Positions 37,878 to 51,935 of a DNA stretch of 64,000 nucleotides are shown in pieces. Each line of letters opens with the position of its first letter. Within the stretch, counting starts at the first letter, position 1. Under the pieces are notes generated by a model. That model was given only the letters and a program-made list of their open reading frames with translations, searched no databases and had not been told where the DNA came from. Both the position numbers and the translations under genes were made by a program. The stretch lies in assembly GCF_008831285.2 (NCBI RefSeq), contig NC_045138.2, positions 22,010,001-22,074,000 on the forward strand, in the 5' to 3' direction. Origin of the DNA: Nymphaea colorata (taxonomy: Eukaryota).

Positions 37878-40800
37878 GTATGGGGGCATTTGTTTACCTC
37901 CGATTTAAGATAGAAAGTGATTTGAGATCATTGGGGATCACAGATGATCCGAGGAATTGAGGTCGGACCCCCTTCCATGCGACTTGAAAAGTGAGGTTCT
38001 GGCCATGTACTAAGGATCTAAAATCCAATATTTGTTTACTCTATGAGTCCCACTAAATGGATTTCAAATCAGCATTTGAGATCGGAGGATATCAAACACC
38101 TATTTATGTTTATTAAATGGGTTCATCAAGGGAAAGCGCGTTCACTTTGTATGTACAAATGAGCAAGACCGAAGATCGTAGGTTTCGTGTCCCACATGGA
38201 TTAGTGTATATATATATATATATGTTGTACTTTTTGGTACATTATGATATATATCATATGCATAAACTTATGCGTTATAGGCCATTTTGTACGCGCACAT
38301 GCATGGTAGGTCATATGTTTTTAATAATATAGTACCATCTTATTTAAATATAAAAAAAATTGCATTAAAGATAAAACAATTCTCCAAATGCAGCCACTTG
38401 GGTTCAGATCGTACTAAAGGAGGTCGAGCTCAACTCCATTATACTTGTTCACGAACAGCTTTTTCATTTTCATCGTTAGTAAATTATCATTGAGGCGCTC
38501 CGTCGCCTTCCGCGTCTCTAATATTTTGAGTGTTCAGTATCGACCTGTATCGGCTGATACGCCTGTCAGTTTTGCTCCCCGGCATATACAAGCTTCCTAC
38601 TATTGGCTGATACTAGCCTGACAGGGAATCAGAAATGCCAAAATCTGTCCGAATCAATTCTCATTTAGTTCTAACTTCATATTTGGGTCAGATCTTAATT
38701 CCTATAGTCAGCTTCATATTTGGGTCAGAAGGCATATATATATATATATATGTGTGTGTGTGTAAGGTTCCTACTATTGGCTGATATTAGCCTGGAAGTG
38801 CCAAAATCTGTCTGAATCTGCCAGTTCAATGCTCATTTAGTTCTGATATAATTTGATATCCGAGTCTGATCTGAATTCCTACACTCAGATTTGATATGGC
38901 CATTCCATTAGGGTTTGATATATAACGTTTTTCTTTTTTTAAAATGAACATTGATTACGTATCTGCATACATAGAGGAATTGAAATCAGCCAGTCAACAT
39001 CCATTCTTGAATGGGTAAAATTATTTTTTGCGATGCTAAAAAGTGTCATAAATAGTGCATTCTATAATGGCAAATCATTGGCCACACTTTCTAGCCAATA
39101 GATGCACCATTTGCAATAGTTTCAGAAATTAAAGTAATTCATCTGGGAATGGGTGTTGATCTGCTCATTTCAGTGTATATATATATATATATAATGATTG
39201 AAAGAAATTGGACACCGGATGTTGTTAGATGACTAAAACAAATTGTCACTGAATAAAAGTTTTCTCCGTGTTGATATTGGATATTTTTGGTAGGCATTAG
39301 TGGCATTTCGATTGTAAAAACACATATAATACGGGTTAATAAGAAAGCAGTGCAAGTATATATATATTCTCTCTCTTAACACCCACTGTGTCTTTCTCTC
39401 TCTTTATTATATATATATATATATATATATCTTTCTCTCTCTTTATAATGTAGGTGTTGCATTACAGCTGGAGTTGACAAAGGGGACACCGTGTTAAGAA
39501 GATGATGATTCAATACTCGCCTGAATAGGCTGACATCCATATAATGCTGATGTGACCTTACTATTTATAAACAACAATCTCCAGTGTTTCCTTCATTAAA
39601 ACTCATGAGGCGAAGCATTTACTCGAAACTGGAAACCTAAAGGAGGTTCCCGATAAGTAGCGAGGGCTCCGGCTTCGTGAATCCAGTGCTCCCAAATCGG
39701 AGACTTGAGTAAGATTCAAACATTTCAAAGTTTTTGGGGATCTCGCCGGGGAATGCTGCCTGCCAACTCTGACCGTAAATAAATTCATATGGACCAATTT
39801 ACATGACCGTCACCGTCCAGCTTGAGCTGGGAGCAATCTGCAACCGCAGTTCATTAAGCGGATGAGAGTCAAGCACGCAAGCTACCTGGAAATTGCCTCA
39901 AACAGCGCAGAGCAACATGGCATACTCAAGAAATCTGATGTTTAAGTTTTACCATCATTAAGTTTCGGAGTGTTAAGAGTGTTAGTCGTTTGAGTCGACC
40001 AGAGCAACACCAGAGTTGAAAGATGTATCGTAGATTCATAAGGCCCTGACTAGAGCTGCGCAGCAAACTCGGGCTCTACTCGAACTCGCTCGAAAATCTT
40101 GACTCGTGCTTGAGTCGAGTTCGAGCTTACAATGATATTCGAAAGATAAACGAGTCGAGTTCGAATTTCAAGAACTCGACTCGTTTATATTCGACTCGAC
40201 TCGCAAACACGTCCATGTAAATTGGCTTGTGAACGGGCTTACTTGGGCATGTAAATTGGACTTTTTTTTTTTACAAGGACACAAAAATTCACCAATCAAC
40301 TTTTTTTTTCTTTTCTATATAGCTAATAGACCAATTTAAGAAGAAATTTGCAAAATGATGCAGCTCCCATTTCTGTATATGACTAAAATTTTGACAGAAG
40401 TGATCAATTCCATTTTATTAGAGGTGCAGATGCAAAACTTTTTTGCAAATATATTGCATCTAACCTGTTTTCCAAGAAATCTTTGAGGAAGATGGTGCAA
40501 CCGACTGGAATGAGTTGGTAAGTTGCCAGTTTTCATTTCAAGGATATGTGGCGTCAACTCTTTGTACTACAAAAGACACTGAGCGATACATACAAGTTGA
40601 AGCACAGTGAAGACATCACCTTGCAACACAAAAAAGCAAGCCTAGTAGTACTCCCGAGAGTGAGAAATGAGGAAACTCCCCATTATAGCTAGTGTAATTG
40701 AGCAGTTATCCCCATTAAATGAAGAAAACACTCTCTCTTAAGAGTCTAGAAATATTGTGATATTATTGTAGTAGAATGTTAAAAAAAAATATTGGACCAT

Positions 40801-41681
40801 ATAAAACATTAGAAGAAAAAAAAAACTACTTCCATCTACAAATTAATCATGTGAATCGGGTCATAGTGTAGATGTGAAACGGGTATGACTTAAATGTTAC
40901 ATAAATCTTCGCTTAATCTAAATTAAATCTAGGTCCTAATTTGGATTTGAAGCAGATTCGGTTGGGAATTTGGAATGCTCTCATAAATCTGATCCCAATC
41001 CAAAGTCTGTTCCAATTCATCAATTTAATATATTCCGGTCCAAAAAACTTGATCCGATAATCTATCGGTTCCTACTCAAAAGCAGATGTAATCTAGAATA
41101 CGATGTCCTTCCAATTAGAAAAAAAAAGAAGAAGAAAAGTTCAATTCTGTTAATGATGCACATAGTCCCTGCAAATTGTATGATCAGAGACTGTTTTTTG
41201 GGATCTCATCCGAAGTCATTTTAAACTATAAATTATAATTTTCTAACACTGTATATTAGAGAAAAAATTAAAGTATTCCTACTGTTTTAAGATTTCTTTT
41301 TAAATTTTAATGAAAATTAAGAGATTATATTGTTCTAGAAATCATCATGATCGATTTCAAAGTTCAAGATTTGGGTTGTACTTGGAAGAAGACTAAATAA
41401 CACTTCGACTTGCAGGAGCTAATGTCCAGCTCAATATGTCCAGCTACATAATCCACATATTAGTAGTGGAGCTACAGTGTGGCTGGTGTAGGCCAGTGCC
41501 CACACACCGGGCCTTCAAAAATCCCATTGCAGCTAAGCTGGACCTGGTTTCCGTCACATGCCATGCCCATATCAGACATAGGTTGGAGACTCAAAGTGCA
41601 TCTCAACCAAAAATTCCTGACTTTGCCACCGCAGTGTATCTTTTTCAAGAGCAGTGGCGAAGCCATATGGTGACTGATGTG

Positions 41682-41876
41682 TAGGGGCGGAGGGAAGGGG
41701 GGCCCGCCTAGGCCATGGCCCCATCCCAATCAATGAAATTTTTTTTTTTTACATTGAAAAAACATATTTTTTAATTGCGTAATGTATTTTTTGTATTAGA
41801 ATTCAGTTTGGCCCTACCCGAATCGAAAGGTCAGACTGCCGGCCCGCCCCTAAACAAAATCCTGGCTCCGCCCCTG
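41682..41876. mobile_element. hAT-type MITE with perfect 8-bp TSD
   Basis: TIRs TAGGGGCGGAG / CTCCGCCCCTG; TSD CTGATGTG at 41674-41681 and 41877-41884. Confidence 0.88.
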
Positions 41877-42460
41877 CTGATGTGGGCAGTTGCCCACACA
41901 AGTTTCTTAAAATTTCTTTATTTTTAAATGGACATCTTTAAACATTTATCCTTATATATAGACCAACTCTCTCCAACTACAACTAAAAGTTTCGGTGACT
42001 GCTCACTGATACTAGCTCACATAAAAGATAAGCAATCACTGACTAATCAAGGCAATTTTGCATACATACTTAAACAATAGAAGAAGGCATTATCATGGAG
42101 GAAGATCTAGGGTTGATGGTGGTGGGAGAGTTTTTTTTCAAATTTTTAAGTGTTTTTTTTTCATTTTTCATATTCTTCACGTTTTTTTTTTGTTCGTGCA
42201 TTTACTGTTTTTAGTTACCAGTTTTCTATTTCACTTTTTTTTTTCATTTTTTTTTTCAGATTTTAGCCACCTTTCTTTTTCTTGCGGAAACGTTAATTGT
42301 TTTAAAATTGTGTCATAAAAAGCAATTTTCCCCTTTTCTACTAATTGGAAACCTACTGCTTACAACCTGAAACGCTATTTGTGGCTATGATTTGAATGCT
42401 GGTACTCACCCAATTTGATTCGATTGTCCTTCATCTCTCTCTCTCTCTTTCTCTCTCTCT

Positions 42461-42516
<56 letters not shown>

Positions 42517-45500
42517 GTTCATATAAATTGAAATATAATTTTTCAAATTTTTTATATAAGATAAACAAAATCTTTTAAAATTTACATGTAGGTTTATTAT
42601 TATTATTATTATTATTATTTTGAAGGAGAGGAAGGTGGGGCCTAGGGCCCCTGTTCTTACTCTACCCATGTATACAATGATACACATAAACACCTACAAA
42701 ATTAAAAAAAACTAAAGCCCAAAGTTCAAATTATTATTAATAGTATTGGTACAGATTCACAGAAATATTGTTTAAATATAAATGATAAATCATAAGCTAA
42801 GCACTAAGCAGCATCACGGCACCATGCTATCCAGAGGTCAAGATAGGAATTTTTCATTTTAAGGGTCAAAATTATGGTTTCAAAACTTTAACAAAGCCGA
42901 AATATAGTTTTTTAAAATTTTATATAAATTAAACCAATTCTTTTTAAAAGGTAAAATGTTTATTTAAAAAAAAAAAATGAAGGGAGACCATGGCCCCTGC
43001 CAGCAGCCATGGTATGACTGCGGAGGAAAGCACAAAACGTAAATGAGAAACTCGATCACAACAATCTAAATAGACTGTATAAGCTTCAAAAAGCAAAAAA
43101 AAAAAGTGAAAAACCTAGGCTTACCTTTCCATGGGTCGCTGCCGGCATGCCCTGTCGGTCGATCAAGCTCTCTCGGGAGCCAAGAAAAGAAAATTGAATT
43201 GATGACCAGACTTTCATCAGCCTGCCAGTCCAACTAGTTAGCTACGTCCTATTTCCTGAAAACGATAACGATCGGAGCGTCTGTATGTAAAAGATATCAT
43301 AAGGGTGTTTATCGATATGTTTGTCAAATGTTTTTGAACAACATTGAAATCTCTCTAGACTTATCTACGTCAAAATATTTCTTGCAATGAGATTTTAAAA
43401 GTAAAATTATTCTGAACTTAAAAACAGTAATTTTCTCCTTTAATGTATAATAACAAAATAGAAAATTTGAATGTTCTTTTGTCCTAACTTTTGAACATAA
43501 CTAAATAACATAAAAGCTGGGCTCGTTTTTAGTGTCGATACTAGCTTTTTATACTTTTCGTAAAGTATAAAAGGTTACTTAGAATAAAAAACATTGTAAA
43601 AGGTACCACAACTATTTATTTATCAGCTATTATATATTAAATTATTGTTCTCATATGTAAACAAAAATTTCAAAAATTGGTTTTACGGTGAATTTTAAAT
43701 TGTAGAAGTATATAAAAACTCAAAACTACTATACTAAATTTAATGCTCTTTATGAATTAGTAAAAAAAAACATCATTTTTAGGATAATTATTACATACAT
43801 TTTTAGTTCGTTTTGACTTGATCCACTCTCTATTTTTCTGAGATATAAAAAATTAAAATAAAAAAGAAAAGGCGCACTTGATGAAGTTAGAGCCGGGCAA
43901 TGAAGTCGTTTTTCCGGTGAATTAAGATTTTTATTAATTTGGAAAATTCTATATCTATATATATGTTTATTTAAGGTGAAACGCCTTTTACATAAAACCT
44001 TCAAAGTCATACCTTTACGCCTTCAAAGTTTTGACTTGCTTCAGGGCCGAGCAAGGAGAAACCTACAGCGCATTCTTCAAATCAAGTGTTGTACTTGCCA
44101 CTGTTTGTAGTCAAAAGAGTAACACACCAAAACATGACAGTGGCCATAAAATTCGAACCTTGGGTCCCTTGATTATAAGTAGTCGCACCCACGGAGTCCC
44201 TGCTAAAGCAGAAAGAAATTACAAGAAGGTGACTCTAATAAGCGGGGATTCCAAACACAATGTTTACAACTATATTTTCCTTTACCGTTGGCCCCATTTT
44301 TTGCTCTATTAATTTGTTTGTGATGAATCATGCATGTATATTGCTGGGGTTCTATCAATTCCGCTTTTAAGTTAATTTAATCGTTGATGTGAGCACATTT
44401 GATGGTAACATGCCTAAACATTAAGAAACTTGGCTGATAAAGTGAAATATTTTATATCTAACTGCCATAATATTGAACAATTCATATGCTAATCCGATGA
44501 CTCATGACTGTCGCTTGACATCATATTTGGAAATGGGAGAGTCGGTTTGTGCGTGACAGTTTGCAGCTTAATGTTGTATCGTTAACCAGTTAATATAATG
44601 CCATCTACAATCCTAATAACATAGAACTTTCACTTATAAGGCTTTAATCAGTGTTTAAGTTTATATTATTTTCGTTCAGTTTTAGATGTATTTTTATATC
44701 TTCCATTGAAGGCCAACATCAAATTAACAGTTGTAATTTAGAAGCACATTTAAAGGCATGCTAGGTTTGTTTTATGAACAACTTCACAACTACTTGTGAC
44801 TCCCAAGCATATTGTATGAACAAAAAGACATGCAATCTTTGATTTTTCGGAGCTCTCTAAACCTTCAGTCTCAACTACAAAGCTATGAAACTCTAAAAAA
44901 ATTAAAGATGGTATCCATGAGTCATTCTCGAAATCGAAGCAAGCTCCAATATATACAGTTTTAAATCAAATATTAGTAAGTGCGCCATATGCTTGCTTAA
45001 ATATACAATTATTGATAGGCACTAGCTAATGATATGGCCTTCAATCTTTGATTGGTTCTTTTGATTGGACCATATCAACCAATTTTCAGGATTTTCAACC
45101 TGAGTTCGAATATGGACTAATTAGTTTCCAAGCATCATGAGTCTTACTGGCCCCCTCTCTCTCACACTGTACATCATTGAAAATCATACTCATCTTTGCC
45201 TAATTTTCACATGTACTTGGTGTTCCACACTAGGTTGAAAACGAAGTGGATATCATTAGATATTTATGCTAATAATATGACATGTGTACGCTAACTTTGA
45301 GCTATAAATATTAATACGAATATGAAACAACAACGTAGACTTGTAAAGTTTGCATATTCCTAATGTTTTTTATAATTGATAGTCCATCTTGATTGTCATT
45401 GTCCCTTAATGTGCTTCAACCCTATATTATTATTTTGCACTCATCTAATTAGCCTACATTTCATATATATTGTATTGTTTGGTCATTACCTTGTTTCCTT

Positions 45501-48500
45501 TTGTTGGTTTCAGAACTCTTGGATCATATTTGTGTCAGTGAGGTTCCTTAAATACTCATTCATAGACTTTTTTGTTACAATAAAATTTGATAAAATGAGT
45601 TGTAGAGACTCGTAAGTTCATTCATTGATATAGTTCATACATTATATCCTAAGCATTTTTCTTCTTTGCAAGTCAACTGTAAAGTTGTCCAAAACTTGGC
45701 TACTTGTGTGGGGATCGTTAATTAGCTAATCTACAAACAAATAAAAAAGGAGCTATGTGATAGTTGACTATAAAAATTGTTTTTCATACTATATAAATGG
45801 AAGTAAAAAATTGAACATTAGAAATTGCTAATAATGTTGTAGATATATTTAAATATTGGAGATATAATTAGCTTACTATAGAGTTCGTTAATGTTGTATA
45901 AGGCTAGTAACAAATATCTGAAAGGAATTCATGATTGTCATTAACCTTATAGAAACTAAAAATATAGTTATTAAAGGAAAGTTGAAGTGCCACTGTTGAG
46001 AATGTAACAACTGTTTGTTGCAGTCCATAAGAGATGTTTTTTTATTACATAGTATATAGTGGTTCTACTAGAAGGATACGTGTTACTGTCATCACCATCT
46101 GGAGCTTGTATCCTCAACAATAAACATGGTCCAATGATCTTGTGAAGTGTGTCCAAACAAATTAATAAGTTGATTACAAGCAGACATTAGTACTAAACAC
46201 ATGGGAATTTCATTCAAATGAAGTGCTAAGATAGATGTAAAAGAGATGATTAAAGACTTGATATTGAATTATGATAAGATAGATGTGTACTAAAATAATT
46301 CTGTGTTATAGTAAAAGGATTCTAGTCATAAATAACAATGTGACGTTTGTAGCTTGTCAAAATGGAATAGAAATCAGTTTTTATGGTGTTTCTTCTAATA
46401 TCGAGACTTAAAATATTATTTAAGTCAATGAAAATTGCATTTGATTGTAACACGATGAAAGTTGTACCAAAGATGGTGTGGTAAGATTACCAACTAATTC
46501 TAGTTTTGTAGTAGATAATTGCAATATCATATTGATTTAGTAAGTAATGGAGCTAATTTTTCAAAATGTTAAATAGAAGACAATGTAGTATTAGTACTTT
46601 TAATTACATATAACTTGCTTCTATGGATCAGTATAAGACAACTATTAACAATGATATTCTTATTGATTCTAGAACAAAAACATCTAGAAATAAAATAATT
46701 TACTTATGAAGTCACTTATTGATGTGTTCAAATTATTGTGGGATGAATGGGTGAAGACATGCACATCAAAGAAAGAATTTATCAAATGTGTACAACACTA
46801 TCATGTAGAATACATAATTTATTAGTACATGAAAACATATTGGACTGGATGAAAGAAAAATTAACATGTAATATATCGCAAAGATATTCAATTCTTTATG
46901 TAAGATGTAACAAAAAAGTGTGTTATATGAGACATAAGTTTTCTTGGTAATAAAAAAAGTTGAGATAAACTAAATATTTGTTTAAAGTGATACTGAAAAT
47001 GGGAGTTGCTACCACTCTATCTAGCATTGTGAAATTACAGTAGATCCATGTTGCAAGAACAATTCAAAGAATATAAATTGTTGATTTGGATACTTAAGAT
47101 CCTAACATATATGGAAACTTATGGAACATACCCAATTTGAAATTTGAAATATGAAATATCTAAAAAAAAGACTTGGAATAGCTAGCATGTCTTGACGAAT
47201 ATATGCCAATGATAACTAGAGTATTTAATACGTCTTCAAGAATGGACATGACACTTCAAGGGTGTTATTATAAACTTCAAAAGGCATATATACCTCATTT
47301 CTCTGATGATTCAATGCTAGTAGAGACAACTAGAAACTTGCCAACAACTTACATTTAGGCAACAACTCATGGGCAACAGAGAGCACCCATAAACCTGCCA
47401 AAAAAATAAAGCACATTCCAAAACTTCAAAATGATTTTCTTTGTGTGTGTGTGTGTGTGTTTTTTTTTTTTAACATAATCTTCATTGACCATGGTTTATA
47501 GGCACCAATTTTTTCTTCATGCATTAGTGAAGCCTTTTATTTTTTAGGTGCAAACACCTCTTCTCCCTTTTTCTTTTTGATTTTTCTATTTTCCTTTTCC
47601 TTTTGCACTATTTTGATGCAACCTCTTCTTTTTTCCTCTCTCCCTCTCCCTATTATGCAACCACAATGACCATTTTCTTCCCTTGTGCGACACATTGTGT
47701 TAGATATATGACATAATATATTTGCCCTTCTATTCTATTGTTGTTACTCTTTTTTTCTTGATAATCATTCACTTTATTAAACTGGACTATGGACAAATAA
47801 CACTATATTAACATGTACCTTGTCCCATATGTGGCCAACTTTAGATGGCACCACAATTTAAATACTACCTTCTATTTTTTATTTTTAATGTTTGAAATTA
47901 AAACAAGTTGGAAGAAGTTAAAAGAAGGGTCTTTGTTATTGTTGCAGCCCTATACATTTTTACTCGCCAGAACCAAACAAGAACAATCATTTTGTTGCAG
48001 TTGAAACAAATAATTGAGTGAAAAAAAAATCATAATTTTGTTTGTTACTATTTACTTCAAATTGATGGTTGGTAATGTATTATCTTTTGAGTTGAACTTG
48101 AAAAATAAAATGGTTTCCTTATGTTTCTTAATATAAGAATATTTATAATAATATACATGCATACTATAGTTTATACATCATATGATTATATATACAAATT
48201 AGTTAATAATATGGTCTTACTGTAGTTATTAATGTACAATAATATGTCATTTCACTTCAAATTTTATTATTTTGGCTACTATTATTTTCGTATTTGGACT
48301 TTTTGCTTTTTGTAAGTATAGTTAATATCTAATTATTAGTTATTAGTGTGATGACAAAATAGTAAAAGAAAAGGCAAATGAAAATGATTATTTGCTTCAT
48401 TGTGAGACATATAATGTTAAGAAAATAGAAAAGTGTTTAGGTGCAGTTGGAGATTGAGTTTTGAGTGCAACTATTGCAATAAAAGATTTAAATGCTCATA

Positions 48501-50054
48501 CTATAAAATAAAAACACATTTATTGCATATTGGATGTGGTACATGTGTTTGTCAAGCTATATAATATGAAATGAAAATGATACTTAAGCACTTGCAAGAT
48601 GAAGATGAACACAAAAAGCATAAACCCCAAGTTATTCAAGTGTCATAGGTATAACTTTTATTGATAGTAAAGTTATTTATTTATGAAGTCATTATAGATA
48701 AAGTTGATATTGAGTGTCATTTATATTTAAGATTTCTCTTATTCTAATGTTTGAAGTTCTTAAACTGTATAATGAAAATATTAAAATAATTGTATTTGGT
48801 TTTACTCTCATATATTTTACACATCTATGTGAGAAAGATGAGCAATTACTTCTTGCATATCAAGTGAAATCATGTGTCCCATTTTAAAGATCTCATTGAA
48901 ATAAAACAAGTAGATTTTATAAGAAAAAGTTAAAGACTTTTATGATCTTTTTGTTCCACCTATTGATGGTATCAATAATAATTATCTCAGTAAATGAATT
49001 GTATTTCACTAAAAAAAAAGTGTCAATTATTGAAGATGACAAGGTAGGTTGGGTTCGACATATTTTCATAGGCATACATATATATTCAAATGCCCACTAT
49101 TACAATATTGCAACGAATAGATAAAGTTAAGGAATAAAGAATAAGTAATAACAATTAGCTATAATATAAACTTCTACTTGTTCTCATACATAAAATGCAT
49201 GTAATTTGTTTTAGTATTTTTGTTCTTTTATATAACATGAAATTTGGATAGGCGTCAACTATAAATATTGAATAATGATTAATATATTTTCTGTAACGTG
49301 TTTAGAGCTGCAAATGTAGTGGAGTTTCAATTTAACATTTAACTTAAAAAAGCACTATAGTATGACACATTTTTAAGTACTATGATGGCATATATTTTAC
49401 TTCAAAGCTCAATTTACTCATATTTTTTTATCTTTATAATGTAAAATGCACATTGCTTAACATATTAAAAAATTCAAAACTCAATAACATTTGTTTGGTT
49501 CCCTCACAATTGAGCAAATATATTCTCTTAAGCATTTAGACATTAATAGACATATCTATACATATGGAATATGTATGGAAGCTTCTAATATATGGGGTAG
49601 TTGACAACATGTGCTGAACCTAAGACAAAAAATGTCGCTTTAAATGATGAATAAAATGAAATGAAAAAACAAATTATTTGATAGGTTGACTAATTTGATG
49701 GTCATATTGCTCACTTTGAACATGATGATTGGAAGTCAATTGTTTTTCCTTTAGGTGCTGGAATACTATTATTAATATAAAGTTCAGTGTGTATTGATTA
49801 GATAAATTATAAAGCTAAACTATTTTATTGTCTTTATATTGTTAAGATTGAAAATATGGACATGGAGTGGCTGGCGAAATGTTGCATATGTATTGGGCTT
49901 GTACGATATATAATATATATTTGTGTATATTAATAGGACTTATAGGGTGATATTTGGTGGATTTCTCTTTTTTGACCTTCTTATAACTAATAGATCATTA
50001 CAAATGATTATCTTAGAATCATGTAGTTCTTGGATTCATTTTGAGGCACATGTT

Positions 50055-50227
<173 letters not shown>

Positions 50228-51738
50228 AATATTTATGATCTATAAAAACAAACAAATGACAATTTGTTGACTTTTGTGTATTAAGATGCCGAACTGTATT
50301 ATCTAAAATAGTTGGAGGTACAAACAAACATAACATGTGACTTGTGGCTATGTAAAACTTTGGTGCTTGCTAATGAAACTAACATTTTCTAACTTCATTG
50401 ATAGTCATATTTGGATACATGAATGAATGTGTTTTGTTTATTTTTGAAGTGATATTATAATTATTTCTGCAATTAACTTTTATCCAGGTTGTTTTCATTC
50501 ATCAATTAATTACACATTTGTACCAAATGACAAATCAGCCTTGGTAAAAAGTTTTGTTATATGGAAAAAAAATTCAGTATCATATTTAATGTTTGTCTAC
50601 TATGCTAACATCTTAGTAATTGCTGGTTAGAAATATTATTATGAAAGTTATGTACAAAATACAATGTCTTTTATTACGCATGACACTTTATGTAATTAGT
50701 TTCATTTTTAGAAACCTAGTAAACTTCTATTCTCTCATTTTGCACCATCATGTGGCATATTTTTTTAATTTTATATGTTGGACACTATCTTTAGATTGAA
50801 TTTTGAATTGTTTTTTTGTTCAACGATATTAACCTGCTGGATTTTTTTTTATTGTGACTCTTCCATGATATACAAAGAGAGTGAGAAAATAAGATATAGG
50901 AGACATATATTGTAAAGAGGAACATATTTCCTTCTAGAGGGTAATCTACAACATTATTATGTTGACATATAGGTTTCAGTAATCCAAAACAGGGTACGAT
51001 ATTCTTAGGCAACAAATTTGATAAAATTTTATTTCCCTTTATTGGTTGTGGAAGCATATGTTAGTTTAGGCAAAAGATTTAATGGATGGAGAAGGGGATG
51101 AAAATTTACTATGAGTTAGGAAATGTCTTTAAATACATCAACATACCATCAATTCTAGAGCAATAGTAATTGTATTTTTAACATAAATAAATGAATCAAC
51201 CAAAATTTACTTTCATTTAAGAAATGACTAGAAATTAAAAGCAAGACACAAAAGAATAACTAGAAATTAAAAGCAGAACATTTAGATGTGCATTAAAATA
51301 TCACAAGGCTAGAGCATTCGTTGGCCCAAACAAACAAGGGAACATTAAGCATACAATTCCTTACATTATCTTGAAATTAGACCCGCTTGCTATAACAAAA
51401 TTTAAAAAACACATAGAATATTATTACTAAAATGACAACTTATCGCACATATTTAAAAAATATTCTTTTAACAAAGAAGAGGATTGTTTAGAAGCACAAA
51501 AATTTTGACATTCTTTGTAAAATCATATGCACACATTAAAAGGTACTTTTGTTAATAGATTTGCAATGCTTTAGATGTAAAAAATAACATCTAAAGAAAA
51601 AATAGTTCAGTTTGATTCTAAATTGACTAAGTACACGTTACAGAAGAAGTGTGTTGAGGTTAAGATCCTGGATAGAGTTTGCACTCTTAACACTCTCCAC
51701 ACCGAGACCATTTCTACTGTATTCTCCTCAAGACACAT

Positions 51739-51935
51739 GGTCTAAACATGTTTTTGACCTTCACTGAAGTTTATTAGCCACAACATACAATTTTGATAAT
51801 CACACCGAGAAGTTCAATGATCATTTCAACATATCAATGGCATGCCCACATGTCGTAGGAATTGTCAGTCTGCTTAAGAAAACACATACTGAGTGGTGTC
51901 ATGCCGCAATGGAATATGCAATGAGGACTATAGAC
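51739..51935 (+). pseudogene. Decayed subtilisin-like protease (subtilase) fragment around the catalytic Ser
   Basis: 51792-51935 reads FDNHTEKFNDHFNISMACPHVVGIVSLLKKTHTEWCHAAMEYAMRTID, matching the plant subtilase consensus F...SGTSMACPHV.G...LLK..HP.WSPAAI.SA.MTTA; upstream GLNMFLTFTE resembles PGVNILAA. Confidence 0.8.

Noticed and set aside
40050..40210. Clustered ACTCG/CGAGT repeats as a CRISPR-like or novel array
   Set aside because: No constant repeat-spacer periodicity; typical of hAT subterminal repeats (begins TAGAGCTG), with no matching second end found.
40391..40410. TTGACAGAAG resembling the miR156/157 5' end (also near 62225)
   Set aside because: Match stops after 10 nt and no hairpin partner is visible.
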